Source: Rhizophagus irregularis | Taxonomy: Eukaryota | DNA: 64,000 bases | Reading direction: 5' to 3' | Assembly (NCBI RefSeq): GCF_026210795.1 | Contig: NC_089433.1 | Coordinates: 2,914,001-2,978,000 of the forward strand | Part shown: positions 25,156-38,992 of the stretch, in pieces | How the letters are laid out: the number at the start of each line of letters is the position of its first letter | Position numbering within the stretch: the first letter of the stretch is position 1 | The notes under the pieces: model-generated | Seen by the model: the letters and a program-made list of their open reading frames with translations, nothing else | Told to the model about the DNA's origin: nothing | Database searches by the model: none | Position numbers and translations under genes: made by a program

Positions 25156-26032
25156 CTTCCGCAATGTGTTTGAAAAATAATAGCTGATTTAAGATGATTT
25201 CATTTTTATGAATGTAATATAATGTATACCGTATAAATTTATTGACTTTTGGTCAGTTACCATTTACACTTCTATGTAATTTTTAACTTCCGTAAGCCTA
25301 GTAAGAAAGAATAAGTTCAGAATTTGATGTATATTTATTTGATTAATTGCAATAAATCCACTGAAATAGAAAATTAACATACTGTAAGTTGAGGTTGCAG
25401 GTAAAATTGGGGTTGCAGGTATCGTTGAGCTTCCTGATTTGCCTGACCACGTTGACTCGTTCCAAAATATCTACCAACTCGTTGAGTTTTTATCGGCATG
25501 CGTCAATGGCTTTTTCAGCCAATCAAAGGGTATGGCACGATATCTCATATGAAACCAATATTTTTATGTTCGATCAGGTTATTAATATATCAAATATCAG
25601 TATATCAAGATCTGAATGTAATTCAAAGTAGAAACAGTAATATTTCTGGAGTTCGTTTAAAAAAAAGAGGAATAAAAAAAGGGAGTTTAAATAGTCCTTT
25701 TTTTCGTTATAGTTCACTCCTTTAATTTTCTTGATTTATTAAACTATCGTTTTATAAAAATTTTAAAAATTCTACCCAATTTTATTAAATTATGTAAACT
25801 TTCTTATTGTCCATTTCATATTTAATCATTGTGGCAGTAGAATGAATGGTTCAAAAAATAAAATTTTATTGCTGTAGCAGGCATAACTGTAATTATTAGA
25901 CAGGACAAGCGCCAAATTAACACGAGGCGCAGTCCGTGATGCAAAATCAGCCGCAATAGACCCCAAATATGGTTAAATTATAATTTAGATTTTTAATATA
26001 AAAATTATTTTTTTGATTTCTCTTTATAAACT

Positions 26033-27592
26033 ATGTCAGAGATCAATATAAATTTTTGTCCTTTTGACGGATATTTTTTAGGTGACGAAGATAAATGTAG
26101 TTTTTGTGGATTTGATAGGTAATATGATAATTTTGAAAATTTTAAACTTTCCAATTTCTTCCTGTTTTTAAGAATTTTATCCTACTTTCAAATTTTAGAA
26201 TTTTTGCTGCTAATAAAAATTGGGTAAGCTGATTTTTTTTTAAAAAAAAATAATTTTAAAAAATTATGCCTTCATTATTTTTACTTTGAAGGGCTCGTTG
26301 ACGAATTCACCCACAAATAAACGTGAACCATGGCGTAAATTATTATGGATAAAACAAGATTATCCAGATAATTACGTAGATAGTACTTTTCTCGAAGAAC
26401 TAGAAAAAAACGGTGAATGATGATTTTTTTTTTCGTTTTTTATCTTAGCCTTTAGTTAACATATATGTAAAAAAAAAGTTAACGTTAGAGCATACGATTA
26501 TTGGGCCGTATTAAAAGAATCTTGCGTAATTTCACAACATATAAGCAGCATAGTTATTTTTATTGCAGTATTTATATATTTATATCTTGATATGTTATCA
26601 GCACAAAATTTAATCATAAGCGGAACTGTGTTCACTATAATTGGATATATTTTTTGGGATAAAAGTATCTCAAAAACTGACCCTTCTTATGAGTACAAAA
26701 GTAAGTTATTTTAGTTATGGCCTTTTTTAGGTTTATATTTATCTTTATTGGAAAAAAATGAGTATTGATAAACATTTTACTTAATTAAAATAAGGATGGA
26801 AAACTGCAAAAGGAGCAGTACTTTTTTTTGCAACATTATTATGTTTGTCACCAATTTTAAAAACTTTAACAAAAGATACAAGTAGTGATACAATATGGGC
26901 TTTGACTGTTATTTTATTTCTAGCCAATATGTTATTTCATGATTATGGTTCTGAAAATAGGACTAACATCAAGTAAATAATCATATTTAATTTTATTTTT
27001 AAACAAACTTTTTTCTTTTTTTTTTTTTAAAAAAAAAAAAAGATATTAATTATTCTTTAATAGATTCCCTGGATCATTATCAACAAATGCTGCTATATTT
27101 TCTTCAGTTTTATTAGCTTCTAGATTACCTTCAAATTCTCATGTTTTTGGATTAATGTCTTTTGCTATTGAATGGTTTGCTTTATTTCCAATTTTCAGAA
27201 GATATATCAAAGTAAAATTTATTTTATTCATGAAGTTTTTTTTTTTTTAATTGTTCAATATTTGTATTTCTAACATTACTAAATTTGTTTCAGAGCCTTT
27301 CAGTTGAATTCAATATAGCATTAACTTGTTTATTGTTTATGCTGGCTACTGTATTATTTTTAAATATTTCAAAAACCATTGTAATTCTTTATATTTTAGG
27401 CATTACTTTTATAACTTTTGTTTGTCCTTTTTGGTTAATTTGGATACAAAAATATAAAAAGTAAGTATAAATTAAAAGAATTATTTTTTTAAAAAAAAAA
27501 AATCATAAAACCAATTGTTTAATCTTTTTTCTTCTTTTAGCGAGATTCATGGTCCATGGGATGAAGCTAGACCAAAAATTACAACATATTAA
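26033..27592 (+). CDS. GPI2: Phosphatidylinositol N-acetylglucosaminyltransferase subunit C (PIG-C/Gpi2)
   Basis: Missed by the ORF track because the exons are short. Signature motifs WRKLLWIKQDYPDNYVD..FL, SPILKTLTKDTSSDTIWAL, SLSTNAAIFSSVLLASRL and C-terminal IHGPWDEA. The first two exons (26033-26118, 26199-26223) are inferred from in-frame GT-AG joins. Confidence 0.92.
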
Positions 27593-27976
27593 TTAATTCA
27601 CAATATAAATTAATCACTAATAGAATATCTTTAAATAATTATAATTACAATTGATAATTGATTCTTAATTTCTGTTACAATGTAAAATTAATAGAAAATA
27701 GAGTATGAGGTTACTCAAATCTGATTAGATAAAATTTAATAATTTATCAAAGGTTACTATACTTTCGTTTAAATTTTGAATTTATTTAAGAGTTTATTAA
27801 AGCTAGTATATAATTTATTCAAGAGTTTATATATTATAGCTAGTTATATTATTTATACTCAACATAATTTTTAATTCTTATAAAAAGTTTATTTGAAGTT
27901 TAAGTTGAAAGATTTCTATGAACAACAAACAATCACTAATCTTAAATGTTCTTCCCCCCCCTTCCTTATCATCGTC

Positions 27977-30900
27977 TTAGTCATCATTGTCTTTATCATC
28001 GTCATCTTCACCACCACTTTCATTTTCATTATTCTCATCCTCTTCATCCTCATTTTCTTCCTCTTCGTTATCCTCATCATTATCCTCATCATCATCTTCC
28101 TCATCCCGCTCTCCTTCATCCATTTCATTGTCATTATCGTCTTCCTTTTTAGTGTCCAAATTGGTTTCCTCATCTTTATCAACATCCATTGCTTCCATTT
28201 TAGCTTTTTGCTCTTTTGCAAAAGCCAATTGTTCTTGCATCATTTGATATACATATTTCCCCATATGTGTTACATCAGCAATTGTATATGCGTCCTCATA
28301 ATCATCAACCTACATAATAATTTTTTTTTTTGTTTAAAAAAAATAAGTTATAATAATAAAAGATTAGACAATGTTAAACAATGAAATACTAATATATACC
28401 ATCCTAGACGAAGGCCACATCTCATTAATTTTTAATTGCAATTTATCAGGACGCTCTAGTAATTTATTAAACGTAGGCGCCAATTCATAACAATTTTCAA
28501 ATATAGATCGACGGCAAAATACGTATAGTCCTAATCGAGCACGAGACATTGCAACAATAAGACGTCTAACATCTCGTATATGACCAACAGTTTTTGTACG
28601 AACCAAGGATAAAAGAATATCTAACATTTATATATATTATAATAATTAGTATTAATTGAAAATAGTAAATTACTAAGTTACCGAAAGCATAATAATTACA
28701 ATCATTTTGTTGTCCTTGAAACTTATCGACGGTTGTGACTTTTGCTGGACGCCCGAATAATGGATTCCATGAACACCGCTGACTCAAAACGTCCCTTATT
28801 AAAGCCTTCTGCCCATTGTAAGTTGTTAGAATTGTGATTTTATCTTCTGGATATCTATAATAAACAGATTAAACTTAAAACACTTTGATTTAATAATAAA
28901 AAGAATAATTAAACTATATTTCATTTACCCTAACAAACGCATATATTGGTATACTGCGACAACATATTCTGCCTCTCCAAGATTCTATAAAAAAAAAATT
29001 TATTTGTTAATCAATACCATATTAAAATAAACTAGCACTGCATTTATTCTCACCTGATAGAAGTATGGAACAGGTTCAGTTTCCCCTTTGTTCATAAATT
29101 CTCCAACATTTATTAATTGATAGTCAAACGTAAACCCAGCATTAGCCCATTTATATTCATCCGGCTCGATTACTGTTGGTAAATTTCCCAAATTCTTATA
29201 ACGCCAATTATATAGTTCTGCCATGGAAGGCCTAGCACGCCCCTAATATTATTTATTGAGTCCAAAGAATTGATTAGCATAGTAAAAAAAAAAGGTAGCG
29301 ATAAAAGTTTAAAAAATATACCTGAGAATCTAGATCAATGGTTGGAACACCAAGTTTAACAAATCTGGTGAATAAACTTTGTTCCATGTTTCCGTATTGT
29401 TGAAACGCCATGTTCTTCACTACAGGAGGTAACTGATTATGATCACCAATCATAATCACTCTTTTTAATCTACTTCGCCCATCTTCAGTTTCTTGTAGTA
29501 GCAAAGGTATAAAAGTTTCAACTTCTAAAATTTGTGCTGCTTCTTCCATTACTACATTATCATACTTAAATCCTAAAGAAACCAATTCACGTCGCTATAG
29601 TGAAAAATAAATAAATTAGCTTAATATAAAATCAATATAATTCAATAAAAATAAATACCTTTAGTGCGGCATGAGTGCATGTCATTGCAATGATTTTAGC
29701 TTCTTTTGTTAATAAATAATTAGCTCTATCATAGCTAGTCCTAAGTAATTCAAATCCACGAATCTCTTCAAGTTCCGTGAAAATTTTTTCTATATGTCGA
29801 AAACACCCCACTGCGATTTCTAACGTATCTTCATAACTTGCATCTTCGGGAAATAATGGCTGAGGTGCATCATAAAAATAGGCAGTAAAAGGAAATTCAT
29901 TCCTTATTGTATCTACATTAACGTTCTCGTTCGTTAACCCTTGCCTACATTTATCAATGTAAGGCTCCCATCTCGACTGTACGTGATATAAATAAAAATA
30001 CCCGGCGGTTTCACATGTATATCCATATTCACCACCAATTTGCAATGATTGAGCAAGTCGATCTACTTCCGAAAGCAGGGATAACCGTTTTTCCTATAAA
30101 TTACAATAGCATTTAAACCTAAAATAAAAAAGGAGCAAACAACAAAACAATAATTACCAAAAATGAATTGACTCTGCCATATTTGCTAAAGCTTAATTCT
30201 GTATTGAGTTCCTCTTCACCATGACCCAACCTAAGTAAATGTCTCTCATCAACGTCTAAATTATCAAGATAAAAATAAACAATTATTAGGATAAAACTTA
30301 TTGATTCTTTTTAGTATATACTATATAAAATGTAAATACCAAGTGCCATAATTTTCTCGAACAACTGATTCAGAGCTTGGTTACTGTGTGTAACCAATAA
30401 CGTATGCTGATCAGGGAAATTATGATATAAATTTGCAATAATCTGGACAGCTACATCTGTTTTACCAGTACCTGGGGGACCAACAACCATCGTAAGACCC
30501 GGATTTGTTCCTGCTAAAATAGCGCTTACTAATACAAATATAATCCATTAAAATTAGCTAATATTACCTTTTTTTATTTTTTTTTTTAATCAATAATAAT
30601 AAAGAAGTTTACCTTGTACGGGAGTGAATTTAATCGTATTCTTTCTAGGCTGGTTAAATGGATAAGGGCCCATGTTTGGTAGGCTATAAGTTCTGACAAT
30701 TATCTGGTCTGGGTCCATTTGAGGTTGAGATGGATCTATATTTTCAGCATCCTCAACTTTCCTCTTTTTTGAGGTTGGGCCACCTTCAGTTATAGGAAAT
30801 TGTAGAACATAAGGTGGGGGGATAGGAGCTTTGAAGCCTTCTGCTGGTACAATTTTCTAAATAGAAGTTTGCGTAGTTTTTTAGAACCATATTTATTTAA

Positions 30901-33900
30901 CAAGTTGATAAGCGAACATTAGATTACCTTGTCAGGAAAGCTTTCAATCAAATGATCATAATTTAAAAAAGTATCTCGAAAATCAATTTCTTTAGGTCGA
31001 TTTGGCATCATTGTATAGTGAGCACTACCAGGATGGCCATAACCTAAGAATATATTATGTAACCAATCTGGTACAACCAATTCACTTTGCATTAAATCAC
31101 GAATTGTTTCAAGAACAGACTTAAAATTGTTTTCCTAATAATGTTTATAATAATTAAAATATAAAAAAGAAGTTAAGATATGTCGAATATTACAATAGTA
31201 AATCATAAATGAAATTTACTTTCGGCTTTCTTCTCATCAAAATATTAAAAGTTTCATATACGTCTTCATCTCTGACACTTGAATATTTATCCATATCCAT
31301 CTAGAAGATTAAAATAAAAAGTGAGATTTATTTCTAATTATTTCTAATTTTTGAAAATTTTGAAAACTAAAATTACTTTGTACTGATTCGGGTCCAAAAA
31401 CACACGAATTGTTCTTATATTTCCAGAAATATTGGGTTTTTTATCATCAATACGTGGCTTACCAACTTCATCAATTGGCTTGCCTAAAGAAATTATAATT
31501 TAATATCATAAAAGTGAAAGAAATTTTAAGATTGCAAATTAAATTACCATCATCGCCGATTATATCGCTCACTTCACAACCTCGAATGTATTTTAATCCG
31601 AAATGTTGTCTTTGAAACATAATTTTAAAATTAATTATTTGACAATAAAATGTACACGAAAAAAAAAAATTATGTATGAACGACGCAAACCTGAAGGGCA
31701 TAGCATCATTATATTTTTCGGCTGTTCCATCGTGGGCATGTATTGTTAATAAGAACAAAACATCATGTTGTTTCAAAGAATCCCATTCATTACGGATGGA
31801 TTCCGTATAACGACCTATGTCGAAAGAAATCTATAAAATAAAGATTACATATCAAAACAAATAACTTTAATAATTTACGAAATATATTATGACATTTAAA
31901 ATTATAAACATACATCAGCCTTGACTCTTGAGGGCTTGCTTTCACCGATGTTCGGTTTAGCTACCTCTATTATACTTAAAAATTTTTAGACATAAATTAA
32001 TGATTAATCTCACATTATTGAACGAATTACAAACACGTTTAATTCTTACTTAAATGTTTCTATCTCTACTGCCATACGAGCCCAACCGGTGAATTCAGTT
32101 TTACTCGATGGATATGTAGACCTTGGTGCTAATCGTTTTACAACATCTTCAATATCTTGTCGAATTTCATAAGTTGTTTCCATTCGAAATAAATTGAAGT
32201 TTCTTAATAAATAATCGTGGATAGTGAGAAATTGTAAATTGAGTTTAGGTAATGCAAGCGGTGCTTCATTATTCCAGAATTGAGTTTGCACAACGGCATC
32301 GTCGAATATAGCGTTCTGATGAAAAAAAGTATTTTAATTAATAAATATCTTTTATAAATCAACAAATTACCGGAATATATATTACTTAAACTAACCTCAT
32401 CTGGATAAAGTGGTTTCGAATTTATTAAATCAATTTGACTCGTTCTCTTTTCAAATTTACAAACTAGCACCTCCACTAAAAAATCCTTATCGTATTGTCT
32501 TTCACCAACCAATTTATTTGTTCTTATGCTTAAAAATCCACATAGTCTTATTATTTCTTCATGAGTTAATGCATTAAAATGTTTTTGCAAGTCAGGTCTC
32601 CGTTCAATAGAGGCAAAATTTGATAATGCCAGTGATTGCAAAGAGTCCCTAAAATGTTCGAAAGCAATGTGCTATAATAAAAAAAAATGTTGTAAATCTA
32701 TACCAAAGAATATATTATCAATTCAACTTCATAATTAAAAAATACCTGAAGATCAGCCAATTTTTTACAATGTAATTCTGTCATCTGGTCATCCGTCAAA
32801 GCTAAACCAGTATTATCATCAATTTCAAAACCAACATAGAATTTTAATATATCTAAAAGCTGCTTAAAAAGTTCACTACAATTAAAAAAAAAAATTAAAT
32901 AAAATTCTAAAAGTAAATAAAATATCTAAAATAAAATTTATATTAAAATTTAAATTAACTAACTTTGCGCTATCACGCTTCATTATTGGCGCAAATTTGC
33001 ATAATATTAATATATGGTGATCTTCTAATAATTTATTAAAATAACGTCTTGTTGGGAGTTGTGCTTCAAGGTCAATCAAAAATTCCAAACAACGTTCAAG
33101 AAATGCTATAACTTCATTGTTCACTTAAAAATAAATTGAAAATATACATATCATTTAATATTAATTCAAAAAAAAAAAATTATATACATATAATTTTAAC
33201 ACTGTACCTCCTCCATCTTCGGGTATTGTATATAAAACTTCCACAAAGGCCTTCATAAAATTGCTTAACCATGTTCTCTCAAATATAATTTTTTCCTTTT
33301 GTGATTCATCTAAAAATTTAATTTTAGTTAGAACATTAAATAATAACCATAAAATACATTAATCAAATAAATACTATCAAAGTACGAACCAAAGAATCAT
33401 AGAATACCTGCTTTTTTGAACTTTTTTGCAAATACATTCCACATCTTTTTTAAATCTTTATTATTTGCAAATTCCTGATCTCTCAACGATGATGTACCAA
33501 AACAATGCCACGTTACAAGTGACACCAATCTGCAACAAAAAAAACCAGATATAAAAAACATTCAGGATGATTAAATTAACTGAATAGAAAAAAAGTCTCT
33601 TAAACATACATCATACATTCTCCTCTGATTAATGGATTTTCTATACTCTGAAAAACACGAATTAGGAATAAAACTATATATTTTCTCACTTTAGGCGAGA
33701 GTGTGTTTGCAAGTGGTGGAATGGAAAGCTCGAGAACACGTTTGAAGAAACCTGGAAATTGTTCAGGGCTTTTCATAAAACAATCTAATGATATATTAAT
33801 AAAGAAATGAGGCGAAATTAGCTCTTATTTGAATTATTAGACAAGCGTTTAAAGAACTTACCCCATGCAGCAACTCGTTCCCGAAACTTTTCATTAACCA

Positions 33901-34308
33901 TCAATACGATTGACAATACATGAGCCAACGATGCTTCCGTATGTTCAAAATTCGGCCAAAGGTACTATAATTTTAAAAAGAATTAGTGATTGTTAATTGA
34001 TTGTTTATAAACAATAATTATAAATCACACAATTAACTTACTTTTTCCAGATATTGGCTAAGTTCTAGTAATGTTAGTTTCTTCGGTTCAAAACCTTTCA
34101 TTTCTAATTCCTCAGTATAAATTCTCTCAATAACAAGCGGATCCCATACTCTCTTTGTAGGATCTTTATTGTTCCAGTAAGTTTCAGCTAAATGAGTTAT
34201 AGAATCAGCTTTCATATCTTGAAAGGTTGGGTAATATACCCCAGACCTTGTACTTTCAGTTGGTGGAGCATGTGGTGGTAAAGTCGTAAGACGCTCCTCG
34301 GTCGACAT
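27977..34308 (-). CDS. AQR: Intron-binding spliceosomal SF1 RNA helicase Aquarius (IBP160/Cwf11)
   Basis: Multi-exon. Motifs [109 protein letters not shown]. Acidic tail. Confidence 0.97.
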
Positions 34309-34514
34309 TTTTGTATAAAAACTTGATCAAAAAAATTGGTTGTGGATCAAAATAAAAAATTTAAAAATTTTATCCAAATTTATAGATTATATCACGTGAT
34401 GAATTATTTTTGTGCAGTATTTCTTAATAAGGTTAAAATTGTGTCGCAAAAATTAGTTATGTAACGACATTTTTTTTTTTGAAAAGTTTTTTAGATAATC
34501 TTTCACTCTGCGAT
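34309..34514. promoter_or_regulatory. Bidirectional promoter between AQR and UTP7
   Basis: The two start codons diverge about 206 bp apart, with a central palindrome atcacgtgat (CACGTG E-box) at 34391-34400. Confidence 0.65.
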
Positions 34515-36982
34515 ATGACTGAAGAAGAAGCTAGCATAATAGACAAAAATATAGCTAAAAAGGTATCAAAATATGTAAGACCAGCTGAAAGGAAGATAAG
34601 TTCTAGGCAACTCAAGGTAATTGTCTTATTTGCAAAATTATCGCTTTTGAGTAATGTTAATAATTACATTGTTTCATGTAGAAAATAAAAAACAAAAAGT
34701 TAAAAGGAACGCTCGATCGGATAGAGAAAGTTTCCAATGAAGCCGCCATTAAAGCAGCAAGATCTGAAATTTTACTTACCGAAGAGCCTGGGTAATTATA
34801 ATTTTAGTAATATATGTGCAAACCATTCCTCACAAAATATATAATTCATTGAAATTATTTATTATTTTTTTTTCTTTTAATTAATTAATATTAATATTTT
34901 GATTCACAATAGATATCTTGAAGCTGAAGGTATTGAAAAAACATTTAACATAACACAGAAACAATTGAGTGAAAATGTGGATGAAGATTCTACGAAAAAG
35001 GTTTGTCGCTAGCTTATTTATCTAATTAATGTATAATATATTTATTTAATTTAATTTGAATAAAAGATTTTCGATTTAAAATTGCCAACATTTGGACCAT
35101 ATTCTTTGGATTACACACGAAATGGAAGGTAATATTAAAATAATAATCTTTAATTTAATTTTAAACATTAATTTTACAAATTCAAATTGTTTGATTAATT
35201 ATAGACACTTAGTTATTGGAGGTCGAAAGGGTCACGTAATGAGTATCGATTGGATGGAAAATAAGATAAAAAGTGAAATTCATCTAAAAGAAACTGTGCG
35301 AGATGTCAAGTCTGTAACATTATTATTATCCCACATCTACAATTCATTCCCCTAATCCATTTTATAAATTTTTTTATAGATGGCTACATAATGAACTCTT
35401 TTATGCTGTAGCTCAAAAAAAGTATGTGTTCATATACGATCACAATGGGTTAGAAGTACATCGACTAAAAAAACATATTGAAGTCAATAAGCTTGATTTC
35501 TTACCATATCATTTTCTGCTAGTTTCTGTGGTGAGTATTTTAAGTTAGTGCGTTTTCACATTTACTAAAATATTAAAATAAATAAACTTTAGGGAAGCGC
35601 GGGATGGCTTAAATATCAAGATACTTCAACTGGAAAGCTAGTGGCAGAATTAAGAACTAAATTAGGTGGTTGTGATGCAATTGCTCAGAATCCATGGAAT
35701 GCTATAATGCATTTAGGACATTATAATGGCACAGTTACATTATGGTCACCTAATATGTCAACTCCTTTAGTAAAAATGCTTACGCATAAAGGTCCAGTAA
35801 AAGCTGTTGCCGTTGATCATACTGGAAAGTAAGTTCATAGAAATTTATTTATTTATAAGAAAAAAAAAATAGTATTATTTATATGTTCTTTGTTATTAAA
35901 GGTATATGGCTACATCAGGATTGGATGGACAACTTAAATTATGGGACATAAGAACATACAAACCATTACAACAATATTACACAAGAACTCCCGCTTCATC
36001 ACTATCAATATCGCAATTAGGTCTTTTAGGTGTCGGCTGGGGTCCGCACGTTACAGTAAATACCATAATATATTTTATTTAACCTATATCAATTTAAAGT
36101 CTAATTTTAATTTATATCGTTAGATCTGGAAAGATGCTTTTCTTACAAAACAACAATCACCTTATATGAATCACCTTCAAGTGGGATCACAAATACAGGA
36201 TATACATTTTTGTCCATTTGATGATGTACTAGGATTGGGACATTCTTATGGAATATCTAGTATAATAATTCCTGGTAAATACAAAATAATATAATAAAAT
36301 TATCTGAATATTTCTGATGTAAGCCATTTCTTTATTAATAGGTTCTGGAGAACCAAATCTTGACAGTTTGGAAGCAAATCCTTATCAATCTAAGAAACAA
36401 AGACAAGAGGCGGAAGTGCACAGTCTTCTTGACAAGGTACACCTAACGATAGCTTAAAATTTGCATAACTTTATAATTTTAATTTATTCTTTATATAGAT
36501 TCAACCAGAAATGATATCATTGGATTCAACGTTCATAGGAAAAGTCGATGGAGCTTCCAAAGACTTATTAGATATGGAGCGTAACGAAGAGCAGGTACAA
36601 TAATTATTACAGTTTATCATTTTTATGCTTATAAAGTAAGAAATTATAATTTTTCTTTTAATGTATATAGAAAGCACAACGTGCCAATGAAGAGAAATGG
36701 GTACCTAAAAATAAAGCTCGTGGTAAAAATTCATCATTGAAAAGATATCTTCGTAAAAAACAAAAGAATGTTATAGATGAACGAAAGGTTAGTATTATTA
36801 CACAACGTTAGAACACTTTGTTTAAAAATTTATGCTTAAATGTTTTATATAAATTATAATAGTTGAAGATTCAAAAACGTATTAAACAAGAAAAGGAAGC
36901 ACGTAGAAAACGAATTATGGGTAATGAAGATGATAAAGATCGACCGAAAGCATTAGAAAGATTTTCTAATAAAGAATTATAA
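34515..36982 (+). CDS. UTP7: WD-repeat SSU processome protein Utp7/WDR46 (BING4)
   Basis: Multi-exon. Motifs [98 protein letters not shown]. Confidence 0.96.
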
Positions 36983-37814
36983 TAATATATATTTATATAA
37001 TTTTGGAGTTCTATAATTTATTAGGAACTAGTTCGTTGTAGAGTGTACAGTACATATATACTTATTAATGACTTCATATAAAAGTATAATTAATATAAGC
37101 ACCATAGAAGCAAAATCAAATAATTAATTAATTAATGTGAATGAAGGCTACATTAATAACAAAAGGTTACGTTTGGAAAAATTTTTTGATTTAACAAGAG
37201 TAATTTAATCGAATCGAAAATCAAGCAAAACTTCCAATTATTACCATAAATCTTTCATGTTACATTTAAAGTCAAAAATAATATGAAATAGTCTCCCATC
37301 GGCAGCAAAATTTTTTCAACGATAAATTGTTGTCATTATCTTCTCTACGTAATTATCCGCTTTCGGGAAAATTCTTATAAATTACGTTTTAGCCTCTTAG
37401 GAAAAATTGTAGGTACTCCAATTAACAATCTACTTACTATAAATTTTTCATTCAAATAATAAAAAAAAACGTGGGTTCCAAAATTAAAATTACTATGATA
37501 AAATTCACGTTATCAAATATGTTTGTCTTACATGAATAAACCGAAAGAAAATATTATTGTAACACTGCATTTAAAATTTGAGGTAAATATTATTTGTGGT
37601 CCGTGAAAATTTTTAATGCAGGAAACAAATAACTATTTTTAGAAATGAAAAAATTCACTATAAAAATTGAGGAATTTTCTTTTGTTGCTTAGCAGTTTTT
37701 GCAAATTTTTTTTTGCTCAAACTACTATTATAGAATTAACGAAGTCTTTTTATTTTTTCTATAAATTTTTAAGAAAAGAAAAAATAAAATAAAAATAAAA
37801 ATAGAGTAAAAAAA

Positions 37815-38537
37815 ATGGCTCAACAAAAAAAAATAATCAGACTTTGTTTTGCACTTTTATTATTTATTACTTACGTTTATGCAAAAAATATAACTGTAAA
37901 TGTTGGTGGTCCTGGAGGAGTCTTAAAATTTGATCCTCAAAATGTCACAGATGCTTCTCAAGGAGATACAGTAAGTATATTTTAAAGTAAATTTTTCTTT
38001 TTTTTTTTTAAAAAAAAAAACCTTTATCAAACGACTTGCTAATTTTCATCATTTTTCCGTTTTCCTTAGATAGTATGGAAATTCTTAGGTGGAAATCATA
38101 ATGTTGTACAAAGCGATGGGCTCGCTTCATGTGATCAAAGTCAAACGACCGGCTTTTGTATGTATTAAGAAAAAGAATATTTTTAATAGTTGAAGGCATT
38201 TATTAAGTCTAATTTTTTATATTTTTCTTTAACAAAAGTCCAATCTACGACAAATCCACCTACTGGAACCTTTCAATATACTGTTCAAGAAGCACAAGGA
38301 ATACTTTACTATTTCTGTAGTTTTGCATCTCATTGTCAAAATGGTATGTGGGGTGCGATTTATGTCGGAGGTACCGCACCAGCTTCACTTACTGCAACCA
38401 CTGCATCACCTACTTCAACTGCCGGTGCTTCAGCAGTTCCAAGTCAAAAGAGTTCCGCTGTTAAATTCGTTGGTGATTTTAAATTAGTAACTTCTGCCAC
38501 ATTTATCGTCCTTACTTTGATTAAGTTCTTGTTTTAA
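37815..38537 (+). CDS. Secreted, probably GPI-anchored cupredoxin (type 1 blue-copper fold)
   Basis: Three exons. Signal peptide, VNVGG....LKFDPQNV....GDTIVW.F..GNHNVVQ, YYFCSFASHCQNGMWGAI, Ser/Thr/Ala stalk, hydrophobic C-terminus. Confidence 0.88.
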
Positions 38538-38992
38538 GTAGTAATATAATTTGTAGACAATAATTCTTTAAGGTTTATAAAGTTAATTTAATAATAATAA
38601 AATAAATTTAATTACCTTTTAATTTTCTTTCATTACTTTCTTTTTTTAATGAGTTATTTGCGATTTCCATCAATTATTGACCTGGCCCTAAAAAGATATT
38701 GATCAATATAATATCTATAATTTCTATTATAAATTTCATGATAATCTAACTTTTAATAATTTTGTCAACTTTAGAACATAATTCAAAATGGAAAGTTATA
38801 GTGTCAATTAAGAGACTCGATCTTTTAAAAGAAGCTCTTAGCCAAATATAATAAATATAATTCAAATATATAAGATCTGATTTTATTCATTTTTTATTAA
38901 AAAAAAAATCAATAAGTAAATAATAACATATATTCTTACAAATTTAATAAGTATATAATAAAATAACATTTACGCAAAGAAAAAAAAAATTA

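Noticed and set aside
10300..26000. Pheromone receptor, homeodomain or HMG gene linked to the peptide genes (a MAT-like locus)
   Set aside because: I found no Ste3-like seven-transmembrane, homeodomain or HMG coding sequence in the window, so a mating-type locus cannot be claimed.
27893..28384. Four overlapping low-complexity ORFs (Ile/Phe-, Met/Lys-, His- and Ser-rich)
   Set aside because: They are alternative-frame and antisense shadows of the GAT/GAA-rich acidic tail of AQR.
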